Below are positions 1 to 9,459 of a DNA stretch of 64,000 nucleotides, piece by piece (the first letter of the stretch is position 1; each line of letters begins with the position of its first letter). A program made the translations under genes and the position numbers. The notes beneath the pieces were generated by a model that was not told where the DNA came from, did not search any database, and saw only the letters and a list, made by a program, of their open reading frames with translations. The stretch is taken from the NCBI GenBank assembly GCA_964422585.1, contig CAYRBH010000005.1:3401-67400 (forward strand). Reading direction: 5' to 3'. This DNA comes from an uncultured Gammaproteobacteria bacterium. Its GTDB lineage: Bacteria > Patescibacteriota > Patescibacteriia > UBA1558 > 2-01-FULL-52-15.

Positions 1-73
1 TCGGCTATGTCGCGAAAATACGGAAGCTGTTCGCCGTTTTCAATAACTAAGGCTTTAAGTTGTTTCTGTATAC

Positions 74-103
74 AAAAGGGGCCTCGCGCGTACGCGGGCC
101 CCT
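74..103 (-). terminator. Intrinsic terminator downstream of ORF 131-346
   Basis: On the minus strand, GC hairpin AGGGGCCCGCG-loop-CGCGAGGCCCCT runs into TTTTG. Confidence 0.6.
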
Positions 104-130
104 ATCCAAGATGGTCTCAGCTCGAAAGAG

Positions 131-346
131 TCAGTGTCCGACCAGTTGCCTCATCAGGCTCATGGGTCTGACAGTTGGCGTCAGCTCGAACCGTTCGCTG
201 TGCGGACGAACGTTCGGCGCGGCATGGCGTCCGAGACCGCCGTCTTCTTCCGGAGCCGGGTCCAGATCTCCCCGGTACTCGGCTGCGCCTCGTTTGGGCG
301 CGGCGTTGACATTCTTGGTCTTCGCTTTTCTTTTTTTGTTGGTCAA
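131..346 (-). CDS. Small basic hypothetical protein (71 aa, TTG start)
   Basis: AAGGAG SD at 355-360, consensus promoter upstream, terminator downstream; no family recognised. Confidence 0.5.
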   Translation of the reverse strand: MTNKKRKAKTKNVNAAPKRGAAEYRGDLDPAPEEDGGLGRHAAPNVRPHSERFELTPTVRPMSLMRQLVGH

Positions 347-389
347 TGTGCCTTCTCCTTGTTGCGCCCCACACTATGTGGAACAAGGC

Positions 390-418
390 ATTACATCATA
401 GATTTGATATTCTGTCAA
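390..418 (-). promoter_or_regulatory. sigma70-type promoter TTGACA-17-TGTAAT
   Basis: -35 at 413-418, -10 at 390-395, exact 17-nt spacer. Confidence 0.6.
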
Positions 419-514
419 TAAGAGTTTGAATATACAGCCTTGGCTGGTTGTTTAATAACTGGGTTTCCAGTAGGATTAGTGCTGTAAGAAACCTTTTTAA
501 TATACAGAGAACTA

Positions 515-1909
515 ATGGCAACTTTCGACACATTAGGTATTGCACCGAAATTCCTCGATATACTCAAAAATCTTCAATTTACGACCCCGACCCCGATCCA
601 GGAAAAGGCCATTCCTATAGCTATAGAGGGAAATGACATCATCGGCATTGCTCAGACTGGTACTGGTAAGACCATGGCTTTCGGCATTCCTATGATACAG
701 CGCCTGGCAAAGGTGGGCGGCAAAGGGTTGGTCGTACTCCCTACTCGTGAGCTCGCATTGCAGGTGGAGGAGGTGCTGCGCAAGATCGGCGGACCCCTTG
801 GGCTTCGCACGAGCGTTCTGATCGGTGGCGCGCCGATGGGAAAGCAGATGCAGGATCTGCGTAGGAATCCGCATATCGTCATAGCAACGCCCGGCAGACT
901 CCTGGATCACGCTGAACAGCGCTCGGTGAACCTAAGTGTCATGACTATCGTCGTGCTTGATGAAGCGGACCGCATGCTTGATATGGGCTTTGCTCCGCAG
1001 ATAAAGAAAATCCTGGCGGGACTCCCGAAGGAGCGTCATATGATGCTCTTTTCCGCAACCATGCCACAGGATATTGTGCAGATTGCGACTAAACATATGA
1101 AGCTGCCGCTTCGCGTCGAGATAGCTCCGACCGGTACTACTGCTGAACGTGTGGAGCAAGAGCTTTTCATGGTTCCGAAAGAGGATAAGCTCCGTTTGCT
1201 CGAGACCTTGCTTGGGCAGTATCATGGAACAGTACTGATCTTCTCACGGACGAAGCATGGCGCGAAGAAGATCTGTAGAGCAGTGACCGCTATGGGCCAT
1301 CCTGCGGCTGAATTGCATGCGAATAGATCGCTCGCGCAGCGCAAAGAAGCGCTGGGAGGCTTCAAAGCTGGGAAGTATCGTGTCATGGTAGCAACGGATA
1401 TTGCCGCGCGCGGGATCGATGTCGAAGGTATCGAGTTGGTTATCAATTTTGATATCCCCGATGATCCAGGAGACTATGTGCATCGCATAGGCCGGACTGC
1501 TCGAGCCGGGCGGGAGGGTAAAGCTATCACGTTCGTTGCGCCGGATCAGCGCGGCAAGCTGCGGGACATAGAGCGATTGACGCGGATGACTTTAAAAATT
1601 TCACAACCGCCGGTACTGGCTCCGCGTCGCATCCCTGAGCTCGCTACTCGCCCGCATCGTCCAGGGCGTCCGCATCAACCGAATCATCATGGATCTCCGG
1701 CATCGCCTTTCAAGTCCGTAGCGCCGACCCAACGAACGCGTCGTTTCCCTCGGAGAGGCTCTGAGCGTGTGCTGCGAGAAGAGCGGGTCGCTCGCTCAGA
1801 AGCTTCGCATGAATCGGTCGATGATCACTTCTTCAGCAGACCAAGACCCTCAAGACCCTATCGCGATCCGAAACGCGGACATCGAGGACGGGGGAGATCG
1901 TCAAGGTAG
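515..1909 (+). CDS. DEAD-box RNA helicase (RhlE/CshA-like) with Arg/Pro-rich C-tail
   Basis: Q motif PTPIQ, AQTGTGKT, PTREL, TPGRL, DEAD, SAT, ARGID, HRIGRTAR. Confidence 0.95.
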   Translation: MATFDTLGIAPKFLDILKNLQFTTPTPIQEKAIPIAIEGNDIIGIAQTGTGKTMAFGIPMIQRLAKVGGKGLVVLPTRELALQVEEVLRKIGGPLGLRTSVLIGGAPMGKQMQDLRRNPHIVIATPGRLLDHAEQRSVNLSVMTIVVLDEADRMLDMGFAPQIKKILAGLPKERHMMLFSATMPQDIVQIATKHMKLPLRVEIAPTGTTAERVEQELFMVPKEDKLRLLETLLGQYHGTVLIFSRTKHGAKKICRAVTAMGHPAAELHANRSLAQRKEALGGFKAGKYRVMVATDIAARGIDVEGIELVINFDIPDDPGDYVHRIGRTARAGREGKAITFVAPDQRGKLRDIERLTRMTLKISQPPVLAPRRIPELATRPHRPGRPHQPNHHGSPASPFKSVAPTQRTRRFPRRGSERVLREERVARSEASHESVDDHFFSRPRPSRPYRDPKRGHRGRGRSSR

Positions 1910-1918
1910 TATGGTTCT

Positions 1919-2563
1919 ATGAAAACCTTCATAGTCATTAATGGTTACGGAGTTCCTGTTGATATCATGACCGATCGCAGCTACCATAGCTATCTTGGTC
2001 AGGTTTTGAATTATCTATGGGACCATTATCGTTCCACATCGTTGACTATCATTACTGCCGGTGGCAATACCGATATGGTCAAGCCATATCGCAGAACTGA
2101 GGCAGGAGAGATGGCGAAGTGGTTAGCGCCTCGTATCAAAAGTCTGCATCGTTCGAAACAGTGGAAGATAAGAACAATCGTTTCAAGTCTTAATGCTCTG
2201 GATACTCTTCTGGCAGCACAGCGAATCGTCGGGGTCAATAAGCTTATCTATTGCTGTGAGAAAACGCGTGAACAGAAAAGTAACATGTTGGTGAAAAAGT
2301 TATTCGGCTCACGAGGCTCTGTGCTCGCCTTTGATTTTGACACTTCGAAACCGCGTTATGATACGGTGACACGAAAGGCTATGGAGCGGGAAGACATGCA
2401 GTATTGTCTCCGGGCATTGAAGGATCCGCAGTGGGCCGCCAAGTTGCGGGCCGCGAATAGAATGAAAATTGAGGTACTGCGTACAACATCTGCTGCTACG
2501 AGAGCGATCTCGATTGATACGATAACACGTCAGTTGCGTAAGGAATATCTGCGGAGAAAATAA
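1919..2563 (+). CDS. Hypothetical protein, possibly YdcF/DUF218-like
   Basis: Long ORF; ITAGGNT...TEAGEMAKWL resembles the DUF218 core. Confidence 0.6.
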   Translation: MKTFIVINGYGVPVDIMTDRSYHSYLGQVLNYLWDHYRSTSLTIITAGGNTDMVKPYRRTEAGEMAKWLAPRIKSLHRSKQWKIRTIVSSLNALDTLLAAQRIVGVNKLIYCCEKTREQKSNMLVKKLFGSRGSVLAFDFDTSKPRYDTVTRKAMEREDMQYCLRALKDPQWAAKLRAANRMKIEVLRTTSAATRAISIDTITRQLRKEYLRRK

Positions 2564-2606
2564 TCATTGTTATTTTGGGTAGGGCATAGTATAGTAAAGG
2601 TGTTCT

Positions 2607-3728
2607 ATGAACAAAGTGAACTGGAAGAACTTCAATTGGACCATCGGCGGATTCATCATCATCTACCAGAGTCTTTTTATACTCATAGTGCCGTTCTATC
2701 TGTACTTTTTTCCGCCGAAACTATCAATGCTGCTGTGGTCTTTGCTGCTGCTCGTCCTCACGGTATTCAGCATTGGGGTGTATCATCGGCACTATGCGCA
2801 TCGTGGCTATAAGCTCAGCAAATGGGTCGAGCCATTTTTCCTGTTCTTCGCGACAGCCGCCTTCCAAGGCAGTGCTATCTGGTGGTCGCATGATCATCGC
2901 AAGCATCATCATTTCGTTGATACCGATGGGGATCCTTATGCTATAAACAAGGGTTTTTGGCACGCGCATGTGCTGTGGCTATTGGAGCGACCCACGCCCA
3001 AAGAGGAAGAGCGCTATGTGCCAGATCTTCTGAAGAATAAGTTGCTCGTATTCCAAAACAAGTACTATCTACCGTTAGCGATTGGCACCAATGTTGTGCT
3101 GTGGCTCATTGGGGGCTTCCTGCTGCATGATTTTATCGGAGCATTCGTGTTGGCATGGTGGGGGAGGCTCTTCGTATCACATCATGTGACGTGGTTTATT
3201 AATTCGCTCGCGCATTATTGGGGCGAACGGACCTACTCGAAGGAGCACTCCGCGGTCGATAACTATATGATGGCATTCTTCACGGGCGGTGAAGGCTACC
3301 ATAACTACCATCACACATTTCCGGCTGACTATCGCAATGGGATTCGCTGGTATCATTTTGACCCGAATAAGTGGCTGGTCTGGACCTTGAGCAAGGTTGG
3401 TCTCGCGTCAGGGCTCCTGCGCTACCCTGAACATGCCATTCAGGAGCGTCTGCTGTTGGCAGATAAGGAATTATTTCTTGATAAACTTTCTAAGCGCGCT
3501 TATGCCAGCAAAGCTGAACTCGAGCAGCGCGTGCAGCAACTGGCCGCATCGATACAGGGGAAATTACATCGTATGCGGACGCTCGCCGATGAACGACGAG
3601 CCGCATTCAAAACAAAGCGCAAGGAGTTAGCTCGAGAATTGCGCGGCGTACGCAAGAGCATTCGCGCGGAATGGCGCCAATGGCATGAGATAGGACGGAC
3701 TATTGTCTATCCGCGCATTGTGCGGTAA
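2607..3728 (+). CDS. Delta-9-type acyl-CoA/acyl-lipid fatty acid desaturase
   Basis: Three His boxes HRHYAH, HRKHH, HNYHH; DGDPY, NSLAH, GEGYHN; TM segments. Confidence 0.92.
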   Translation: MNKVNWKNFNWTIGGFIIIYQSLFILIVPFYLYFFPPKLSMLLWSLLLLVLTVFSIGVYHRHYAHRGYKLSKWVEPFFLFFATAAFQGSAIWWSHDHRKHHHFVDTDGDPYAINKGFWHAHVLWLLERPTPKEEERYVPDLLKNKLLVFQNKYYLPLAIGTNVVLWLIGGFLLHDFIGAFVLAWWGRLFVSHHVTWFINSLAHYWGERTYSKEHSAVDNYMMAFFTGGEGYHNYHHTFPADYRNGIRWYHFDPNKWLVWTLSKVGLASGLLRYPEHAIQERLLLADKELFLDKLSKRAYASKAELEQRVQQLAASIQGKLHRMRTLADERRAAFKTKRKELARELRGVRKSIRAEWRQWHEIGRTIVYPRIVR

Positions 3729-3737
3729 GGTCTCCCT

Positions 3738-3944
3738 ATGGGATTACTACAAGATTTAGAGAGTGCCATCGGTTTTACTGGCTCTGATTCTGATAGCTAT
3801 CACGATTCAGGGCTTGCAGGCATCGGCCATGGTATAGCGCATGGTATACGGGATATCGCTCCAGCCGCGCTCGGCTTAGGTATTGTTGCCGCGGGATTCA
3901 AGATTATCACGAGCGGCCTTTCGGGCAGCAAGAAGAGGCGGTAA
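3738..3944 (+). CDS. Small Gly-rich protein with hydrophobic C-terminal segment
   Basis: Fills the gap between desaturase and UbiA genes with 9-nt spacing on each side. Confidence 0.6.
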   Translation: MGLLQDLESAIGFTGSDSDSYHDSGLAGIGHGIAHGIRDIAPAALGLGIVAAGFKIITSGLSGSKKRR

Positions 3945-3953
3945 TACGGAAGT

Positions 3954-5516
3954 ATGTTCGCCGGACTTCTGTCATCATTTCGTAAAGTAGTAGCGGCACT
4001 CGAGGATACTCGCGTGCCTTTTGTGTATAGTGTTTTGACTTTTTGCGGCTGTATTGCGCTGCGTACTTTTTTTGAAGTGCTGGTGACTCAGAACGATGTT
4101 ATCAAGCCGGTGATGTTCCTAGAGTATGTGATGCTCTATATAGTGCTCGCGCTTTGTATCATACTGCTCTTTAAGTTCGCCACGAAAAAATCAGCGGCTG
4201 TGCTGGCCCGCGTCGTACTGCCATTCTTCGCCATACTGCTGCTCGTGCCGCTCATTGATATACTTGCTGGCTGGAAGGGATATCCATTGATGTACTTAAT
4301 TCCAGAGATACATGGTCCGCTACTTCCACGCTTTTTCACTTTTTTTGGCAATGCGCCTGATGCTGGCGGTATTTCACTGGGCATGCGCATAGAGATGGCT
4401 CTCGCAATCATAGGCAGCGGGCTCTATTTCTATATAAGCACCTTGCAGAAAGCGCGGAGCATCATCTACGCGATAGCTGTCTATGTCATATTCTTCCTTC
4501 TGGCAGCGTCGCCGTATTGGATTGCGGCTATCTATCGCATCGCCGGTTTCTCGTATGATGGTATCAATCAGGTGTCAGATAGCATGTTCATTCGTTTCTT
4601 TTTGATCATCAGTGCCATAGTGACGGCAAGCATTGCCTATTTAGAGAATAAGCGTCTTTTTCACGTTCTGGTTAAGGATTTGCGGTTATTGCGCATAGCG
4701 CATTATGTGCTCATGATCCTTTTTGGCGTCATCCTTGGTATGCAGCGGGCATCGCATATATTCGGTATTGATCAGTTATTCGCGATGGTACTTATTCCAT
4801 TGGCCTTAGTATCGGCTGTTATCTTTTCGATTGTCATGAACAATACAGCTGATATTGAGATAGACCGCATAACGAATAGTGACCGTCCGTTAGTACAGAA
4901 TGAGGTAACCCTGCACACCTATCATGTTATCGGCTGGACCTTCTTCGTCCTGAGTCTCATATTCGCCGCCGCTGTATCTATGTACGCATTCTTTTTCATA
5001 GCGCTTTTCATCCTGGTCTATTTCCTGTATTCAATGCCGCCATTGCGATTGAAGCGCGTACCATTTTTTTCTAAAGTACTGATCGCGCTCAACACTCTGT
5101 TTATGACGATGCTCGGTTTCCTGAGTACGAGCAGGCTGACGATACTCGATTTCCCTTTTGGATTAGGATGCGGGATGGTCATCATGTATACATTCGCTGC
5201 CCAACTCATAGACCTGAAGGATTATGAGGGCGATAAGCGCGCCGGAATACAAACGCTCCCGGTTCTTCTGGGCCTGTCTACAGCTCGCCTGGTGATAGGG
5301 AGTATACTAGTGCTTGCTTATATGTCCGTCTACCTGCTGCTTCCAGATACTCTGCTGATTCTGCCTTTAGTAGTATTCGGCTGTCTACAGTTTCATTTTG
5401 TCATGAAGGTGCCTTATCATGAGAAGCCGATATTCGTGACCTATATCATAAGCCTCCTCATGCTATTGTTGTATTGCTGTACGATAGGAAGCGGTTTTGT
5501 ATCGGGTACTGCGTGA
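3954..5516 (+). CDS. UbiA-family prenyltransferase with extra N-terminal multi-TM domain
   Basis: NNTADIEIDRITNSDRPL, YSMPPLRLKR, DLKDYEGDKRAGIQTLP motifs. Confidence 0.88.
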   Translation: MFAGLLSSFRKVVAALEDTRVPFVYSVLTFCGCIALRTFFEVLVTQNDVIKPVMFLEYVMLYIVLALCIILLFKFATKKSAAVLARVVLPFFAILLLVPLIDILAGWKGYPLMYLIPEIHGPLLPRFFTFFGNAPDAGGISLGMRIEMALAIIGSGLYFYISTLQKARSIIYAIAVYVIFFLLAASPYWIAAIYRIAGFSYDGINQVSDSMFIRFFLIISAIVTASIAYLENKRLFHVLVKDLRLLRIAHYVLMILFGVILGMQRASHIFGIDQLFAMVLIPLALVSAVIFSIVMNNTADIEIDRITNSDRPLVQNEVTLHTYHVIGWTFFVLSLIFAAAVSMYAFFFIALFILVYFLYSMPPLRLKRVPFFSKVLIALNTLFMTMLGFLSTSRLTILDFPFGLGCGMVIMYTFAAQLIDLKDYEGDKRAGIQTLPVLLGLSTARLVIGSILVLAYMSVYLLLPDTLLILPLVVFGCLQFHFVMKVPYHEKPIFVTYIISLLMLLLYCCTIGSGFVSGTA

Positions 5517-5601
5517 AGGCATGCACGGGGAAGAGCAACCTTCGTTTACTGTTTCCGTGAAAGTAGGCTATACTGTAGTCATTCAGCATTAATAACATCC
5601 T

Positions 5602-7983
5602 ATGCGCCAAAAAGTATCTACCTATTTTTACGCTATCTTAGGCGTTTTGTTCGTTATAAGCTTTGGATATCTTTTCTTAACACAGCACCTCAACCCCACG
5701 ACGAATACGAATATCGAGCCGAATACGAACAGCAACGGATCACAGAATCCATCCACCACCACTGGTCCAGGCGCTTTGAAGCAATTCACGAGCTACGATG
5801 ATTTCAAGAAATTCATAACCGATAATTTGACCACGGCTGGCGTTGGTGGAGGGGTCGCGATGCATAGTCTTGCTTCGAATGCTGTCGGAGCAGCCCCTGC
5901 CGCGGCACCTGCTCCTGATACTGCGGGTACTGAGCAGAAAAGCCCTGATACCACCATTCCGGCCGGACCCGATTATTCCCAGACGAATATACAGGTCGCT
6001 GGGGTGGATGAAGCTGATATCATTAAGAGCGATGGAAGCTATTTCTATATCGTTTCAGGGAATAGTCTCGCTATCGTGCAGGCAACGCCTGCGGCCGACG
6101 CAAAGATCGTGAGTACGGTAGCGCTCACTGATTACCCGCAAGGCTTGTATATCAGCGACGATCATACGAAATTGGCAGTGTATGGTAGCCAAAATCAAGT
6201 GTACTATCCGATGGGAGCTGGTGCGAAAGTGATGGCTGGCGGCCCAGTGAGTACCATGATGCCTATTCGTGGCGGTTCGCAGCAGACGTTTTTCAAAGTC
6301 TACGATATTACCGATAAGACACAGCCGAAACTGATCAGGGATGTGAGTTTCGAGGGTTCGGCGACGGATTCTCGTATGGTCGGGAACTTCGTGTACTTTA
6401 TAACGCAGAAAAATGAATACAATTGGTTCGATGGTCCGTATCCGCTCCCGCGTATACTGGACAATGGGAAAGTTGTTGGTGGTGAGCCTGACTCAGCATC
6501 TTATCGTTTCCCGAGCGTCTATTATTTCCCCTTTCCCTATGACAGCTCGAATTTGACGACAGTCTCTGCCATCAATCTGATGGACGCGACCGCAGAGCTT
6601 ACTACTCAAAATTATGTGCTGGAGAACGGACAGCAGATCTACGTATCACCCGAAGATATCTATATAACGTATACGAAAAACCTCGACCAGCAGCAGATAG
6701 AGTATGACGCCATGAAGTCTGTCTATATGGATAAGCTGACTGCCGTCGAGAAGGGGGAAGTGCAGCAGATCGAAGCGGCACCGAACTATATTCTCAATAA
6801 GTATGAGCGCCAGCAAAAAGCGACCATCATATTCCAGAACCATCTGGCAGCATTACCAGAAGTGGAGCAGCAGAGTTTGGAGAAGATTTTCGAAGATACG
6901 GTCAAGCAGAAGTATCAAGAATTGGCTGATCAATTCGAGCAGACTAGCATCTATAGGATCGCTTTTAAGGATGGCGCCCTGACCTATCAGGGGACAGCGG
7001 ATGTGCCGGGAATGGTGATTAATCAGTTCGCGATGGATGAATCGAATGGTTATTTCAGGATCGCTACCACGAAGGATCCTGTGTGGATACCCTATACTGA
7101 TGGAGAGCAAACAGAGAAGCCATACAATAATCTCTATGTGTTAGGGCCTGATATGAAGCGTGTCGGTGCTGTGGAGCATCTAGCAGAGGGTGAGCAGATC
7201 TATTCGGTACGCTTCATGCAGAATAGAGCTTATATGGTCACCTTCAAGCAAGTCGACCCGCTCTTCGTGATAGACGTAGCGGACCCGACTGCTCCGAAGG
7301 TGCTCGGCACCCTCAATGTGCCTGGTTACTCAAGTTATTTGCATCCGCTTGATGAGAACACCTTGATAGGATTAGGCAAAGAAACTGAGACGAACCAGTT
7401 CGGCGCGGTGATACCTAAGGGTATCAAACTATCATTGTTCGACGTGACCGATGTAGCGAATCCGAAAGAGACCGCGAGCTATAGCTTCAATACGCAATCA
7501 TCCGATTCACCGGCTCTCTATGATCATAAAGCCTTCCTGTATTCAGGCACTAAGGACCTCCTTGTGATACCGCTGCAAGTCTGGTCAGCTGGATATGGTG
7601 CGCCGAAAGGACTCTCAGATAATTTCATGGGAGCTGCGGTATTCACGGTGACGAAAGACAGTATAGCCCTGAAAGGATTCGTGAAGCACGCGAGCGATGT
7701 GCAGAATGGTTACACCTATGATCAGTATGTGAAGCGGAGTATGTATATCGATGATGTTCTCTATACCCTTTCGGATGCGTATTTGAAGGCAAATAACCTT
7801 TCCGATTTGAAAGAGATCAAGAGCATCGCTTTGCCGGCACTCCAGCCAGTCCCTGTCCAAAACGAAACGAAGCCTTCGCAGGGAGGTGCAACTTCTGATG
7901 CTCCGCCCGCGCCTGCCAGCGTGCCGCCTGCGGCCGGTTCTGGTGGCAGCGCATCAGGCGCAGCAACATCGCCGACATATTAG
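5602..7983 (+). CDS. Membrane-anchored Beta_propel-family (beta-propeller) protein
   Basis: N-terminal TM; YSQTNIQVAGVDEADIIKSDG, EQIYSVRF, VTFKQVDPLFVID, GYSSYLHP. Confidence 0.88.
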   Translation: MRQKVSTYFYAILGVLFVISFGYLFLTQHLNPTTNTNIEPNTNSNGSQNPSTTTGPGALKQFTSYDDFKKFITDNLTTAGVGGGVAMHSLASNAVGAAPAAAPAPDTAGTEQKSPDTTIPAGPDYSQTNIQVAGVDEADIIKSDGSYFYIVSGNSLAIVQATPAADAKIVSTVALTDYPQGLYISDDHTKLAVYGSQNQVYYPMGAGAKVMAGGPVSTMMPIRGGSQQTFFKVYDITDKTQPKLIRDVSFEGSATDSRMVGNFVYFITQKNEYNWFDGPYPLPRILDNGKVVGGEPDSASYRFPSVYYFPFPYDSSNLTTVSAINLMDATAELTTQNYVLENGQQIYVSPEDIYITYTKNLDQQQIEYDAMKSVYMDKLTAVEKGEVQQIEAAPNYILNKYERQQKATIIFQNHLAALPEVEQQSLEKIFEDTVKQKYQELADQFEQTSIYRIAFKDGALTYQGTADVPGMVINQFAMDESNGYFRIATTKDPVWIPYTDGEQTEKPYNNLYVLGPDMKRVGAVEHLAEGEQIYSVRFMQNRAYMVTFKQVDPLFVIDVADPTAPKVLGTLNVPGYSSYLHPLDENTLIGLGKETETNQFGAVIPKGIKLSLFDVTDVANPKETASYSFNTQSSDSPALYDHKAFLYSGTKDLLVIPLQVWSAGYGAPKGLSDNFMGAAVFTVTKDSIALKGFVKHASDVQNGYTYDQYVKRSMYIDDVLYTLSDAYLKANNLSDLKEIKSIALPALQPVPVQNETKPSQGGATSDAPPAPASVPPAAGSGGSASGAATSPTY

Positions 7984-8012
7984 CTGTTCAGAGAGTACCA
8001 GTTACAATAGCG

Positions 8013-8059
8013 TAGCCCTCCGTCGCTCTCCCGAATATCGGGAGTTGAACGGAGGGCTG
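8013..8059. terminator. Long hairpin between convergent genes
   Basis: AGCCCTCCGT...ACGGAGGGCT outer stem with inner CTCCCGA-ATA-TCGGGAG. Confidence 0.55.
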
Positions 8060-8073
8060 TGCGTTGCCCGGCC

Positions 8074-8337
8074 TCAGGGAGAACCGGGGAAGTAGTGTTT
8101 GAGAGTGAGGAACGCCGCGATGACGATGATGAAAGCCAGCAGCAGGATCAGCCTGCCTGTGCCTGAAAGCCGATCTTCGTCGGTGTCCGCTCGCTCGCGC
8201 TCCCTTGCGAGAGCCTTTTCTTCTTCCAAGTCACTTGCGAGTCCCATCTCGTCCCCTGGAGCAAGCTCTTCGTCAGGAGAGCTTAACTCGCCTCTGCGGT
8301 GGAGCTCTAGTCGCTCAGACTTAGTGAGTAAGCTCAT
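8074..8337 (-). CDS. Small acidic protein with C-terminal TM helix (87 aa)
   Basis: ATG at 8337 preceded by GAGGGGG; promoter TTGACA(8407-8412)-16-CATACT(8385-8390). Confidence 0.65.
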   Translation of the reverse strand: MSLLTKSERLELHRRGELSSPDEELAPGDEMGLASDLEEEKALARERERADTDEDRLSGTGRLILLLAFIIVIAAFLTLKHYFPGSP

Positions 8338-8490
8338 AGCCCCCTCTCTGGAATTGAAGAACGTTACGGTCATAGAAACATACTAGTATGCTCTTTTGCA
8401 AGTATTTGTCAATCCCGCGGGGGCATTTTCTACCTGGCGGAGTAGTTCGAGTATGCGTAGAACCTCGCCGTACAGCTTGGGGCGAGGTCC

Positions 8491-8619
8491 CTAATGCTTC
8501 TTGAGCAGGTAGCTGACTACAGTAATCTCTACCACTTTGATAGCGACCAACAGGATAATCGCCTTCCAAGTCAGGGACAAGAATCGCTGCAGGACATAGA
8601 CTGCTGCTCTTTTTAACAT
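8491..8619 (-). CDS. 42-aa hydrophobic peptide MLKRAAVYVLQRFLSLTWKAIILLVAIKVVEITVVSYLLKKH (not in ORF track)
   Basis: Hand-translated; GAGGTG SD, promoter TCGACA(8673-8678)-17-TATTCT(8650-8655), downstream hairpin 8461-8489. Confidence 0.55.
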   Translation of the reverse strand: MLKRAAVYVLQRFLSLTWKAIILLVAIKVVEITVVSYLLKKH

Positions 8620-8762
8620 GATGCACCTCGAAAGAACGTTGGTCATCAAAGAATAAGACATCTATGTCATCATGTCGAGTATTGCATTCTTATACAAAGA
8701 CAGGTAGTATGGTGTCTATGCTTTTCGTGGATCGAATGAAAAGCGATCCGGAACATATATCA

Positions 8763-8839
8763 CGGGGTGTGGCGCAGTTGGCTAGCGCGCAGCGTTCGGG
8801 ACGCTGAGGTCGCCCGTTCGAGTCGGGTCACCCCGACCA
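8763..8839 (+). tRNA. tRNA-Pro(CGG)
   Basis: Acceptor CGGGGTG/CACCCCG, anticodon arm CAGCG-TTCGGGA-CGCTG, GTTCGAGTC, encoded CCA; upstream TTGCAT-17-TAGTAT. Confidence 0.97.
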
Positions 8840-8889
8840 TTCTTCGCTCCGGGAGAGCTTCGAATGGTAGTAGTATTACTTTTTGAATA

Positions 8890-9450
8890 ATGACAAAGAA
8901 AAAATCGGCACAGATCACTTTTTTAAAATCAGCACTCACTGACCACATGGTCGGGGCATGGTTCCGCAGTTCGCGGTTTGTCATCAATAAAATTTTGAAG
9001 CAACTGAAGCCAAGTTATCGCTACATTGTTGAATATGGAGCTGGCGATGGCGTCATAACCCAGGAGCTGTTGAAACGGCTTCCACGCGACGCCAAAGTGA
9101 TAGCCCTTGAGATAAATAAACTATTACTCGAGGAACTTCGTACCATCAAGGATTCCCGACTGGTGGTGCTGGATGCTAGTGTGGTCGATATGTCGAAGGA
9201 TTTCTCTAAATTCGGCTTGCCACGGATAGACGCTGTCATATCAGGCATACCTTTTACTTTTTTTTCAGCCACTGTTCGTAAGGAGATTATGCAGAATACC
9301 CATGATGGTCTTGTACCAGGCGGACGCTTCATTGTGTATCAGTATTCTCTGCTCATGTATGCGCATCTGAAGAAAGCATTTCCGAAACGACATTTCGTCT
9401 ATGAGCCGAGAAATGTATTGCCCTACTTTATTATGGTAGGGGAGAAGTAA
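8890..9450 (+). CDS. Class I SAM methyltransferase, phospholipid N-methyltransferase (PmtA-like, COG3963-type)
   Basis: VGAxxxSSRF, VEYGAGDGVIT, ISGIPF, GGRFIVYQY. Confidence 0.75.
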   Translation: MTKKKSAQITFLKSALTDHMVGAWFRSSRFVINKILKQLKPSYRYIVEYGAGDGVITQELLKRLPRDAKVIALEINKLLLEELRTIKDSRLVVLDASVVDMSKDFSKFGLPRIDAVISGIPFTFFSATVRKEIMQNTHDGLVPGGRFIVYQYSLLMYAHLKKAFPKRHFVYEPRNVLPYFIMVGEK

Positions 9451-9459
9451 AGCATCGCC

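Noticed and set aside
1-50. Possible 3' end of a plus-strand gene (...KLFAVFNN*)
   Set aside because: Too short to support
8321-8626. 101-aa ORF from the track
   Set aside because: Runs through the next promoter; a different frame (8491-8619) has the SD and terminator
8760-8987. 75-aa minus-strand ORF
   Set aside because: Antisense to tRNA-Pro and the methyltransferase gene
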